This document shows positions 10,870 through 20,269 of a stretch of 64,000 nucleotides of DNA, in pieces. The DNA is taken from assembly GCA_963666425.2 (NCBI GenBank), contig OY762825.2:2368001-2432000 (forward strand), written 5' to 3'. Origin of the DNA: Bacillota bacterium. GTDB taxonomy: Bacteria; Bacillota; JAAYKD01. Every line of letters starts with the position of its first letter. The stretch's first letter is position 1. A program made the position numbers and the translations under genes. A model generated the notes under the pieces. That model was not told the DNA's origin. It did not search any database and worked only from the letters and a program-made list of their open reading frames with translations.

Positions 10870-11412
10870 TTAGGGGTTGTACTTGAGATAATCTGAAAAA
10901 CTTTGATAACCGAGCCGTCGTTTTCTACTCAACATGCTTTGCCATATTGCATTTCCTTGCACTTTGTCTATTAAGCCTGCAGCCATTGCTTCTTTCAGGA
11001 TATCCCCGGTTGTAACATGTGTCAGTCCGTATTCGTGAACATAACCCGAGATGTCTTTAAGATTATTACTAGCCAGTATTCCTCCACGCTCTATTGCCAT
11101 TGAGATTGCTGCAGCTTCGCCATCGCCAATTACACAGTGACCTGGATCAGGATTATTCGTCAGCTTGTAAAACAGACCATAAGTTACTGAATCGATAATA
11201 ATCGATTCCACAATTGCTTGGCCACTCAAAACAAGTGTATCAACTTGCGCCTTCAATCCTTTTACATGATTAAGTCCCGGATGTGAAAGCTCATTGTAAA
11301 CTTGCCTTGGAATAACGATTCTTCCAGGATAGAGTTTTGCGAGGATGCTTTCATTATCAACCCAGAGAAATGCTGACAGGCAGTCAGTATCGAAGAAAAG
11401 AGGCTCAATCAA
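10870..11412 (-). CDS. PIN-like domain protein, putative RNase toxin
   Basis: FFDTDCL, IPRQVYNEL, GDGEAAAI and LASNN match the PIN layout. The likely TTG start overlaps the upstream stop. Confidence 0.75.
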   Translation of the reverse strand: MIEPLFFDTDCLSAFLWVDNESILAKLYPGRIVIPRQVYNELSHPGLNHVKGLKAQVDTLVLSGQAIVESIIIDSVTYGLFYKLTNNPDPGHCVIGDGEAAAISMAIERGGILASNNLKDISGYVHEYGLTHVTTGDILKEAMAAGLIDKVQGNAIWQSMLSRKRRLGYQSFSDYLKYNP

Positions 11413-12163
11413 CCACATCACCAGCCCCCTCTTCGCCATATACTAAATCAGGACGGAATGCAGTCAGGAGGAGTTCTTCATACTTCCCGTTAGATATCGA
11501 TTCTTTTTTCAACAATTGGTCTGCTTGATTTATGTAGTAACCATAAGTTCTATACTGCTTTTCTGTCGGAAGCGGCAAATACAATTCTGAACTATAACCC
11601 ATCATTTCGGCTCTTTTGCGGACACTACTCATTAGGTAGTCTTCAACCCGAGCCCTGTTCATATAGGTGCTTTCTTTCAAGCGAATTACCATCGCCTGAT
11701 GGCTTACACCAAAATACTGTTCAAGCCTAATTATATCATCCAGTAAAAGCATCCCGTCTTCGTGCTTAACAGCTAATTGTGCGGCTTTGCATTCCAATTC
11801 AGCGGCAGGTATCAAAAAATAGGATGCGAACACGTCCGCTTTTTTTTCGATATCCTTTCCATCCCCGATTTTCTTTCCGCAAATAGATGACATGTTGTCA
11901 TCATAGCGCAGATGATAAAGCTCATGTGCCAGAGAAAAGCGCTGGCGACCAAGGGACATTGCAGAATTCATTGCAATCACAAAGACTCTGCTCTCTCCCT
12001 TAATGCACATGCCACTAAAATTATCCCCCATAGCATAATAAACCAGCGTGAGCTGCTTGATGTTTTGCGCCAGGGAAAAAATATCTACGGGGGAATTACT
12101 GTCTTCGCCTAATTCTTTTCTAAATTGAATTGCTTTAGTCATCAAGTCCGCTTTATCAATCAC
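11405..12163 (-). CDS. ImmA/IrrE-family Zn metallopeptidase
   Basis: RQRFSLAHELYH (HExxH), E..AD.FASYFL.P and FGVSHQA. Confidence 0.9.
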   Translation of the reverse strand: MIDKADLMTKAIQFRKELGEDSNSPVDIFSLAQNIKQLTLVYYAMGDNFSGMCIKGESRVFVIAMNSAMSLGRQRFSLAHELYHLRYDDNMSSICGKKIGDGKDIEKKADVFASYFLIPAAELECKAAQLAVKHEDGMLLLDDIIRLEQYFGVSHQAMVIRLKESTYMNRARVEDYLMSSVRKRAEMMGYSSELYLPLPTEKQYRTYGYYINQADQLLKKESISNGKYEELLLTAFRPDLVYGEEGAGDVVD

Positions 12164-12504
12164 GCTTCAATACCCTCCAGTAGTCTCCTCATGAATTCAG
12201 AGTTTAGCGCTATTTTATTAATAGCGCTAATTACCTCTAGATCGCTGGAAGACAAATCACTGCATCTGAAAGCACACGATAGCGGTCTTGTCGCGACAAC
12301 ATCATTCACTAAAGTTGATGGCATAATACCATATAGAGATGAAAGTTTATCTAGCATGTCTGCAGATATGCTACGTTCTCCTTTTTCAATTTTACTAATT
12401 AAGCTTTGATCTACCCCTAAAAATGTGGCGATACTTCGTTGATTATACCCAGCACTATCTCTTAGTATCCGGAGATTCTCGCCAATGGCTTTGTTATTCA
12501 TCAT
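12160..12504 (-). CDS. XRE-family HTH regulator
   Basis: IGENLRILR...Q..IA..LGVDQSLISKIEKGER. Its stop overlaps the immA-like start (GTGA). Confidence 0.9.
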   Translation of the reverse strand: MMNNKAIGENLRILRDSAGYNQRSIATFLGVDQSLISKIEKGERSISADMLDKLSSLYGIMPSTLVNDVVATRPLSCAFRCSDLSSSDLEVISAINKIALNSEFMRRLLEGIEA

Positions 12505-12530
12505 AGTATTCGATCTCCTTTCTCACCATC

Positions 12531-12585
12531 ATTATATGCCGGCCTTGTCATAAAGTCAACGTAATTTTTATAAAATTTATGACAA
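12531..12585 (-). promoter_or_regulatory. sigma-A promoter with overlapping inverted-repeat operator
   Basis: TTGACT-17-TATAAT on the minus strand. IR TTGTCATAAA (12545-12554) / TTTATGACAA (12576-12585). Confidence 0.7.
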
Positions 12586-12721
12586 TTCATTATTGAACCT
12601 GATTTATCAGTAGTTATATAACTATAACTTTTTTTGTAATATTGATATTCTATTATGTGCTAAGAATTGGAAGAATATTAGTGCTAAGCAACACGAAGCT
12701 ATTTGATAAATATGACAGAGC

Positions 12722-12860
12722 TTATGCCTGTATCTCTGTTCAATCCTTGAATGTGACGCGCACATCGTCCTTGCTGTAAACGGTGATGAAGTCAATCTTG
12801 CCAGCCAATATTCATCCCGATATTCGTCATCAGTTCTTTTTGTTCAATTGCCTTATTGGC
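12722..12860 (-). pseudogene. C-terminal remnant of a large serine recombinase
   Basis: Frameshifted reading EQKELMT / EYRDEYWLA / IDFITVYSKDDVRVTFKD*TEIQA* resembles the conserved tail of Firmicutes large serine recombinases. Confidence 0.6.
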
Positions 12861-13258
12861 TGCCTAACATACGCTGTGTTTTCCTCTGTCCCTCAGGGAT
12901 GGCTTCTTTCGCCTCTGATTACCTACTGGGAAAAAAACCCGGATGTACAAAGAAATTCGAATATGTTAACCTCGTACAGGCAGATCTCCGGCACAGCAGG
13001 GTAAATCCTCTCATTTCATCCAGAACGGACAAAAGCAAAACCCATTCTGAATTGCTCATAAAAAGCTACCCGGAAAATAATTACAGATAACAATAGAAAT
13101 ACTCACATATTCGTGATATAGTAAATGTGTCATCTTGGAGGTGCAAAAATCTAATTATCGCCGATTTCTGTAAGTGGTATTGACACAGGATTTGGGAATA
13201 TGTTCTCACAAGGCAAAATGTTTTTATCCACAAGAACGATATCAATAAGGAGAGTTGT

Positions 13259-13906
13259 ATGAAAGATTTTATCATGTCGCTGCTTTTTAACCTATTTAAA
13301 TTAAACCCAAAAATGAAAGTTGCAACAAAAAAAACGATTTCCCTTGAAACATTTAAAATACTTGAAGAATATAAATGTAAAAGTGATGATCCAACAGACA
13401 GGGGGAGTATTATCGATTTAGGCGGCGGAGGCGAGGGCATAATCGGTCAAATCATGGGGCGGGATGTTACTGCAGTGGATTTACATGAACAAGAACTGAA
13501 AGGAACCCCTGAAGGTTCTTATAAAGTGGTAGCCGATGCGAGAGATTTACCATTTGAAGCGGACAGCTTCTATTGCGCAACGGCATTTTACTTTTTGATG
13601 TACTTAAATCCAGAAGATTATCGGAAGGTCTTTGAAGAGGCTCATCGCGTTTTGAAAGCATCAGGAAGGTTTATTATATGGGATGTTACTATACCAAAAA
13701 CCGAAAATCCTCGGAAGCGTTTGTTTGTTGTGCCTTTAAAGGTTGAGCTGCCTTTTGGGGTTGTCAATACAGCATACGGCACAGGCTGGGAGAACAAAGA
13801 ACTAAATGCTCAACTGTTAATCCAAATCGCCATAGAAACAGGCTTTATCCTCGAACAAAATCAAGGAAACAATGAAACCATTCAACTCATTTTTATAAAA
13901 AAGTGA
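13259..13906 (+). CDS. class I SAM-dependent methyltransferase
   Basis: IIDLGGGGEG, ADARDLPF and RVLK..G. Confidence 0.85.
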   Translation: MKDFIMSLLFNLFKLNPKMKVATKKTISLETFKILEEYKCKSDDPTDRGSIIDLGGGGEGIIGQIMGRDVTAVDLHEQELKGTPEGSYKVVADARDLPFEADSFYCATAFYFLMYLNPEDYRKVFEEAHRVLKASGRFIIWDVTIPKTENPRKRLFVVPLKVELPFGVVNTAYGTGWENKELNAQLLIQIAIETGFILEQNQGNNETIQLIFIKK

Positions 13907-14335
13907 GCTATACCATCATCCTTAAGCTTTGTTGAATGCGAAGATGCATTGACGTAAGGCCTTTGCTTCTTTCGAAATTTACCGTGAAGATGGGCTTGAT
14001 GTGGGTTTTTGTGATGGCTTTCAAGCTCGCCGATGCCGTATTCCGATACGCGACGAATATGCTGTCAGATACCATCAGTATATTGAGGGCTTTTTGCAGC
14101 TTGATTTACGATGTTGAGAAAGTCAGCAAGAAGTCCGAACCTGTCAAGAAAGTAAAATAAGAATAGCGACGATAAGCTGACGAATAATAAGAAGAAGAGT
14201 TCGTTGCCTCATCCGTTTATAGTTTGATGTTTAGCTAATTTGTAACAAATAAACAGCAGGAAATTTGCTTCTGAACTCGAAAGAATAAGAGGTAAAGTTC
14301 GCGGTAGATGAACTGGAGGAGAGGAAGGATTTTTG

Positions 14336-15802
14336 ATGAAACTGGTATGCAAACAAGGAGTTCTTATTGAGCAGCAAGTGGATGCCTGGATTTATGGCGT
14401 CTATGAGGGAACCGTAGCGGCAGTTTCCGGCTGCCCGATTGACACCGCACTGCGCCTCGTGATGGAGCTGGGTGACTTCACCGGCAAGTTATACGAAACG
14501 AAGCTGCTTTATCCGCCGGTGGCAGCAGCGAAAAAACTGATTGTGGTCGGTATGGGCAAACGCAATGAAATCAATATGGAGAAAGTGCGCGGCATCGCCG
14601 GTTCCGCAATAAAAGTTGCTCTGCAGAACAATGTTGTAACGGCGGCGATGACGCTTCCCGGTGAGGGCCAATTGTGCGCCAAAAAAGCCGCACAAGCCTT
14701 AGCGGAAGGCGCAATCCTGACGGCTTATACCTACAGCGGATTTAAAAGCAAAAAAACGGAGCTCAAGTTGGACGAAGTGTTGGTCATGACTACCCCAGAG
14801 AACGCAGCCAAAGTGGAAATTGGTTTATGCAAAGGTACAGCAATGGCTGCCGGCACCAATTTGGCCCGTACGTTAACGGCTGCTCCGGCGAATTATATGA
14901 CGCCTACTACATTGGCTGAGAGAGCGATCAGAGTAGCTGCCAAAAACGGCTTAGGGGTTTCTGTTTTGGACAAAGACCATATGCAGGATTTGGGCATGGG
15001 CTGTCTTTTGGGTGTGGCGAAAGGCAGTGCGGAGCCGCCGATGATGATCGTTTTAAAGTATGAAGGCAATCCGGGTGGCGATATCTTAGCCTTGGTTGGT
15101 AAGGGAATCACCTTCGATTCCGGCGGCATCTCGCTGAAACCGGGCGCCGGTATGGAGAACATGAAAGGGGATATGGCAGGGGCAGCCGCTGTTTTAGGCG
15201 CAATGGAGATCATTGGCAAGATGAAGCCCAGAGCCAATATCATTGGTGTGATTGCCGCTACCGAAAATATGCCGGATGGCATGGCACAGAAACCCAGTGA
15301 CGTGGTGCGCAGTATGATGGGCAAAACCATCGAAATCATCTCTACCGATGCAGAAGGCCGCTTGGTTTTGGCCGATGCCGTTGCCTATGCGGAGACGCTG
15401 GGAGCAAAGAAAATTGTAGATGTAGCAACGCTCACCGGCGCCTGCGCGCGAGCGTTTGGCGGAGTCTATGCCGGTTATATTGCGACCTCTGATGATTTGA
15501 GCGACGAGATTCAAAAAGCCGCCGCCATCAGTGGTGAGCGTTATTGGCGGATGCCGATCCATGAGGATTATGCGGCGATGTATAAATCTGACGTTGCTGA
15601 TTTGAAAAACAGCGGCGGTGCCGGCGGCGGTATGCAGACCGGCGGGATGATCATTGCTGAATTTATCAAAGAAGCTGCTTTTGTGCATCTGGATATCGCC
15701 GGTACTTCCGGCATTCAAGCCGATAAACCCTATATGAGTAAAGGATTCACCGGCATGGCCACCCGTACCATGGCGGAATTGGCGTTGGCACAGGAAAAAT
15801 AG
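14336..15802 (+). CDS. pepA: leucyl aminopeptidase (M17)
   Basis: VGKGITFDSGG, MKGDMAGAA, TDAEGRL, ATLTG and HLDIAG. Confidence 0.93.
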   Translation: MKLVCKQGVLIEQQVDAWIYGVYEGTVAAVSGCPIDTALRLVMELGDFTGKLYETKLLYPPVAAAKKLIVVGMGKRNEINMEKVRGIAGSAIKVALQNNVVTAAMTLPGEGQLCAKKAAQALAEGAILTAYTYSGFKSKKTELKLDEVLVMTTPENAAKVEIGLCKGTAMAAGTNLARTLTAAPANYMTPTTLAERAIRVAAKNGLGVSVLDKDHMQDLGMGCLLGVAKGSAEPPMMIVLKYEGNPGGDILALVGKGITFDSGGISLKPGAGMENMKGDMAGAAAVLGAMEIIGKMKPRANIIGVIAATENMPDGMAQKPSDVVRSMMGKTIEIISTDAEGRLVLADAVAYAETLGAKKIVDVATLTGACARAFGGVYAGYIATSDDLSDEIQKAAAISGERYWRMPIHEDYAAMYKSDVADLKNSGGAGGGMQTGGMIIAEFIKEAAFVHLDIAGTSGIQADKPYMSKGFTGMATRTMAELALAQEK

Positions 15803-15815
15803 GATTCAATAAAAA

Positions 15816-15891
15816 TAAGGCTCTGGGTAAAATCCGAAAAGGTCAGCGCGCACTGGCGCAAAGAGACCGGACGGATTTACCCAGAGCCTTA
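15816..15891. terminator. long hairpin between convergent genes
   Basis: 16-bp perfect arms TAAGGCTCTGGGTAAA / TTTACCCAGAGCCTTA. Confidence 0.6.
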
Positions 15892-15905
15892 CTTAAACAC
15901 TTCGC

Positions 15906-16868
15906 TTAACCCGGTATAAACAAATCCATGCCGCCTGCTGCTTTTTCATCAATACGGCGAACCAGAGAATAGGTGTAAGGCGTAAAGTGTTTTAACCAGT
16001 AGCGGCGGGCAGTCGGATTGATGCTTTCACAATCAACCCCAAGCAGATGATAACCCTGGTTGTACCAGAAATTGGCAGTGAAATCCAGCAACTGATCAAC
16101 AATACCGCTGCCACGATGCTCCGGCAGGCAGAAAGCGCCGGAGATATTGATCACTTTGCCGCAATTACTGATAAAATTCTCCCCTTCCTGGCTGAAGCGC
16201 AGATAAGCAACCGGTTTCCCCTGCACCTGCGCCGCAAAAAAGTAATTCTCCTGATTAGCCGTCAGGAAACGCTCCTCGCTGATCGGAGCGTACTTCATAA
16301 AGCAGGGAGAGTTGCCTAAATGAGCGATTAACTGGTTTTGCATGGCGAGGAGCGAGGCCAAATCAGCTTTAGCTACCTCATTATAGGAGGCCAGAGCAGG
16401 CAATCGGGTGGGAACCACTGTATTTTCTTTGAGCGCATCAAGGCAGCGCATACCAAAACCATTCCAGAAAAATTGTTCCAAACTGGCTTGATCATGGCTG
16501 TAGAAGCAAATTGCATGACTGACAATTCCTGCAGCGACCCATTTTTTGGCGGCTGCCTGATAGAGAACATCGTAGAGTCTGGCTCTGTCTTGCTCGATGG
16601 CAGCATGGGCATGCAAGGGAGAGAAGATGCCTTTGGCACCGGTGGTATGGAACGCATCCGGGAAAGGGTTTCTGCAGCAAAGGAATCCCAGCAAGCGCTC
16701 TCCTTCCAGAGCGGCAACCCCCAAGTGATTGGCAGCATAATCATCCAAGTTTGGTGCTGCGGTAATTTCAGGCAGCCAGGGCAGTCTGCTTTGTAGGACC
16801 CGATATTCAGCCAAAACCAGACTATGGGCTTGCGGGATATGTTCTTGAGTAAATTCTGTAATACGCAT
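15906..16868 (-). CDS. GNAT acetyltransferase, probably tandem-domain
   Basis: GAFCLPEHRGSG acetyl-CoA motif and NPTARRYW. Confidence 0.8.
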   Translation of the reverse strand: MRITEFTQEHIPQAHSLVLAEYRVLQSRLPWLPEITAAPNLDDYAANHLGVAALEGERLLGFLCCRNPFPDAFHTTGAKGIFSPLHAHAAIEQDRARLYDVLYQAAAKKWVAAGIVSHAICFYSHDQASLEQFFWNGFGMRCLDALKENTVVPTRLPALASYNEVAKADLASLLAMQNQLIAHLGNSPCFMKYAPISEERFLTANQENYFFAAQVQGKPVAYLRFSQEGENFISNCGKVINISGAFCLPEHRGSGIVDQLLDFTANFWYNQGYHLLGVDCESINPTARRYWLKHFTPYTYSLVRRIDEKAAGGMDLFIPG

Positions 16869-16892
16869 AGAAATTAGGGCTCCGTTTCTTTG

Positions 16893-17951
16893 TTATTTGT
16901 GGATTTGGTTGGCTTTTTTCATCTGCCGATTCTTTTTGGCAATCGATTTGGACCATTCTTTGCGCTGTTGCATGAATTTTTGCTTGTTTTCGCTGTAAGT
17001 CACTTCTTCTTTCAGCTGCAGATAGCGCTGCCATCTTTCCCGGGAAAGATCACCGCGTCTGAGTGCGGCGCGCACTGCGCAGCCCGGTTCATTCTGATGC
17101 GTGCAGTCATTGAATTTACACTGACCGAGAAAAGCTTCCACATCGGCAAATGCTTCATCCAAACCGCTGTCTGCCGACCATAAACCGAGTTCCCGCATGC
17201 CGGGAGTATCGATGATCATGGTACCGCTTTTCAGCAGAATCAACTGACGGTGCGTGGTGGTATGACGGCCTTTATCATCATCATCACGAATGGTGTTCAC
17301 CTTCATGATTTCTTCACCGGCCAATTGATTGATCAGGCTGGATTTTCCGACCCCGGAAGAACCCAGACAGACAATGGTTTTACCGGGCTGCAGATAAGCT
17401 TCCGCTTCTTGCATGCCATAACCGTTTTTGACGCTGACCACCAGGATTTTTGTGCCGATGGCAACCTGTTCGGTTTGCTGCAGCATCGTACTATGGTTTT
17501 CTATCAAATCTGCTTTGGTGAGAATGATCACCGGTTCGGCACCGCTTTGGTGAGCAACCGCCAGATACCGTTCCAGGCGTTTGATGTTAAAATCTTCGTT
17601 CAAAGAAGAGAAGATAAAGACATAATCGAAATTTGCTGCGATAATTTGCTCACCGCGTCCGACATCGGGATCTTTGCGGGCAAAATAAGAAGTGCGGGGC
17701 AGTGTTTTCATAATTTGGCTTTCGCCGAGGGGATTGTAGCGGATCAGAACAAAATCACCCACCGTAGGATACGGTTCATCGGCATAATCGATATAGTAAA
17801 CGCTTGCTTTCAGCTGTGCGCTTGCCTCGCCGTTTTCACAGAGAATGTCATAACGTTCTCTGTGGGCGGCAATTATCCGAGCCGGAATGGTTCCTGGTAT
17901 GGAACCGGGGTACTTATGGTCATCAAAACCATAAAGAGCTAGGTCAATCAA
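16893..17951 (-). CDS. rsgA: RsgA-family GTPase, probably an accessory paralog
   Basis: PTVGD, TKAD, GSSGVGKSS, GRHTTT, DTPG and CKFNDCTH.EPGC. TTG 17951 follows GGAGG. Confidence 0.9.
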   Translation of the reverse strand: MIDLALYGFDDHKYPGSIPGTIPARIIAAHRERYDILCENGEASAQLKASVYYIDYADEPYPTVGDFVLIRYNPLGESQIMKTLPRTSYFARKDPDVGRGEQIIAANFDYVFIFSSLNEDFNIKRLERYLAVAHQSGAEPVIILTKADLIENHSTMLQQTEQVAIGTKILVVSVKNGYGMQEAEAYLQPGKTIVCLGSSGVGKSSLINQLAGEEIMKVNTIRDDDDKGRHTTTHRQLILLKSGTMIIDTPGMRELGLWSADSGLDEAFADVEAFLGQCKFNDCTHQNEPGCAVRAALRRGDLSRERWQRYLQLKEEVTYSENKQKFMQQRKEWSKSIAKKNRQMKKANQIHK

Positions 17952-18073
17952 ATTTTTCCCTCCTAAAATATGGACTAAAATGGTATTTTTGTAGATAAGA
18001 CTTTTTGTGGAGGCCGATACGAGAGGGTAACTTCTTACTCTCGGTTTTCTACAGCGAATATAGAAAAGTACAC

Positions 18074-18116
18074 AAAAAAGCGCGGTCAAAGCAGCCTTGT
18101 TCAGCTGCTTGCCGCG
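18074..18116 (-). terminator. leader terminator (attenuator) upstream of rsgA
   Basis: CGCGG-CAAGCAGC...GCTGCTTTG-ACCGCG followed by CTTTTTT on the minus strand, between the promoter and the CDS. Confidence 0.7.
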
Positions 18117-18247
18117 GAGGTGTAATTGATACACTGCATCGACAAAGAGGATGAAAGGATCCCTTAAAAAACGGTATCACAAACAAAAGGAGACGTCGCT
18201 CCTGCGATCTTCCGGCTTTTTTCTTGTTTGCTTACCCTCATATGGAA

Positions 18248-18280
18248 TTAGACGGCAATCACCATTACATTGACTTTCAT
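18248..18280 (-). CDS. putative leader peptide MKVNVMVIAV
   Basis: GGGAG RBS about 9 nt upstream. It lies just after a TTGAAT-17-TATAAT promoter (18313-18341). Confidence 0.5.
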   Translation of the reverse strand: MKVNVMVIAV

Positions 18281-18506
18281 TACTCATCTCTCCCTTCATT
18301 CTTTATAAAAACATTATATCCCATCACACAGGTAAATTCAACCCCTTTTTGAAAAAACAGGAGATGGGCAGAAAATTACACTGAATGAAGCGGGAACAAG
18401 AAGGAAATGACAGGAGAAATAGCAAATAAAGAAATAGGGCAAGTTTGCCTGCGGTTTTATAGCCGTACCTTGGACAGATGAGGGAAGAGAAAAAGGAGGG
18501 TTTATT

Positions 18507-19004
18507 ATGGCTTTTTTTGACAGACTTTCAAAAGCGGCTAAAAATGTGACCAACCGGGGCGTGGATATGGTAGAAATCACGCGCCTGAATGCGAAAATCG
18601 GCAATGATAAATCTGCCATTGAAGCAGTCAAAACCAGAATCGGGGATTTCTACTGGAAGAAATTCGAAGAAGGCGCGCCACTCGATGATGATGTAGCGAA
18701 AATGTGCCTTGAAATCAAAGAAATTCAAAAAGCCATTGCAGCACTGCAAGAGGATATTGAGGCGATCAACGCCAAGCAGGAGAAAGAAGAAGAAGCGGCA
18801 GCATCAGCAAGCAAATGTCCCAGCTGCGGTGCAGCGGTAGCCGCCGGAGCAAAATTCTGCGGCGTCTGCGGCAGTAAAATTGAAGCGAATCCGGTAGAGC
18901 CGGAAGTGGATAGGGAACCTGACATTCTGATTTGCGGTGCCTGCGGTGCGGAAAACCCCCTCGGCACGAAATTCTGCGGGGAATGCGGCAATAAATTAGC
19001 ATAG
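18507..19004 (+). CDS. coiled-coil plus double zinc-ribbon protein
   Basis: CPSCG..KFCGVCG and CGACG..KFCGECG. AAGGAGG RBS. Confidence 0.85.
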   Translation: MAFFDRLSKAAKNVTNRGVDMVEITRLNAKIGNDKSAIEAVKTRIGDFYWKKFEEGAPLDDDVAKMCLEIKEIQKAIAALQEDIEAINAKQEKEEEAAASASKCPSCGAAVAAGAKFCGVCGSKIEANPVEPEVDREPDILICGACGAENPLGTKFCGECGNKLA

Positions 19005-19063
19005 AAAAATACGACAAGCGGATGACCAACACTGGCCATCCGCTTGTTTGTGCCTGCTTTCAC

Positions 19064-19939
19064 TTAATTAATCGCAAAGAAAGGATACTCTTTCACCTTT
19101 GCATAGGCATCTTTCAAGAGCTGCAAATCAGCTGCATTCAAAGGCTGCTGCAGACATTCGTCAATATGATCGACGACAAAAGAGAAATTGAGGAAATCGC
19201 CAGGTGGAACCAAGGCATGGACTCCCAGTGAAAGCGTGTATTTCATGGCGGCCAGACGCAGGGCCGTGTTGTCAGCATCAATCGGTTTACACCAGGATTT
19301 TGGGAACTGCGACTGTTCGCGTTCTTCTGCGTTGAACCAACTGCGTTCGATCAACTGTTTCATACCGAGTAAGCCCATTTCTTTTACTTTGGCAGTTTCA
19401 CACAAATGGCTGCCAAATTGGTGGCCGATGTTCATATGCCAATTGAGCGGAAAGAGGACAGTGTCAAAATCAAAGAGTGAAATCGCTTTCAGAGCGGCCG
19501 CTTCACTGTGACAGGTGATCCCGAGATTACGGGCATAACCCTGTTCTTTGGCCCAGCGCATCATTTCCATCACTCCGCCGGGGGCAAAGGCTGCTTCGAC
19601 TTCAGCAACGCTGCGCAGCGCGTGCATTTGATAGACATCAAAATAATCGGTATGCAGGGCCTGCATGGATTCCTTGAATTCCTTTTCTGCTTCTACTCGG
19701 CAGCGCTGCTGGGTTTTGCAGGCAAGATGGATCTCTTTACGATGAGTTTTCAGGGAATTACCCAGTTTTTCCTGTGCGTCGCCATAGGAAGGAGCGACAT
19801 CGAAATAGTTGATGCCCCGATCGATAGCCCAGGCAACATAGCGGTCGGATGCATCCTGTCCATCGTTCATCGAAACGATGCCACCGTAGACAACAGGAGC
19901 GATAGCAAAACCGGTTTTACCAAATTCACGTTTGATCAT
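19064..19939 (-). CDS. aldo/keto reductase
   Basis: GINYFDVAPSYG, LACK, TDYFDVYQMH and LGITCH. Confidence 0.88.
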   Translation of the reverse strand: MIKREFGKTGFAIAPVVYGGIVSMNDGQDASDRYVAWAIDRGINYFDVAPSYGDAQEKLGNSLKTHRKEIHLACKTQQRCRVEAEKEFKESMQALHTDYFDVYQMHALRSVAEVEAAFAPGGVMEMMRWAKEQGYARNLGITCHSEAAALKAISLFDFDTVLFPLNWHMNIGHQFGSHLCETAKVKEMGLLGMKQLIERSWFNAEEREQSQFPKSWCKPIDADNTALRLAAMKYTLSLGVHALVPPGDFLNFSFVVDHIDECLQQPLNAADLQLLKDAYAKVKEYPFFAIN

Positions 19940-20269
19940 GAAAACCTCACCTCCAAATTATTCTTTACGTCTTCATTCAGTGATAGAATCCTGACGCTCC
20001 GGCGCTTTTCTATGAAGTATTATAACAGATTTCACCGGAAAATTCAAGATCACACCAAGGAAAGCAAAAGCAATGCGAACCGTTTGAAAAAGTGAATAAA
20101 GTATAAAATTTTGCAAATCAGCGAAAAAAACGTGTGATCTAGTGTATAATCTATCTTTAAGACAGATCATTCGTTGTAACATTATATGAAAAAGCACAAG
20201 ACAGTGTATTGGCTGCTTCAGCTTGATTCACAGCAAAAAGATTTGGTAAGAGACGGGAGGCGGCTTGTG

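Noticed and set aside
12740-12742. In-frame TGA as selenocysteine or readthrough
   Set aside because: It sits at a Gly position in a fragment with several frameshifts, which indicates decay.
13936-14160. 74-aa ORF or gene remnant before pepA
   Set aside because: No RBS or recognisable motif in the frames I read.
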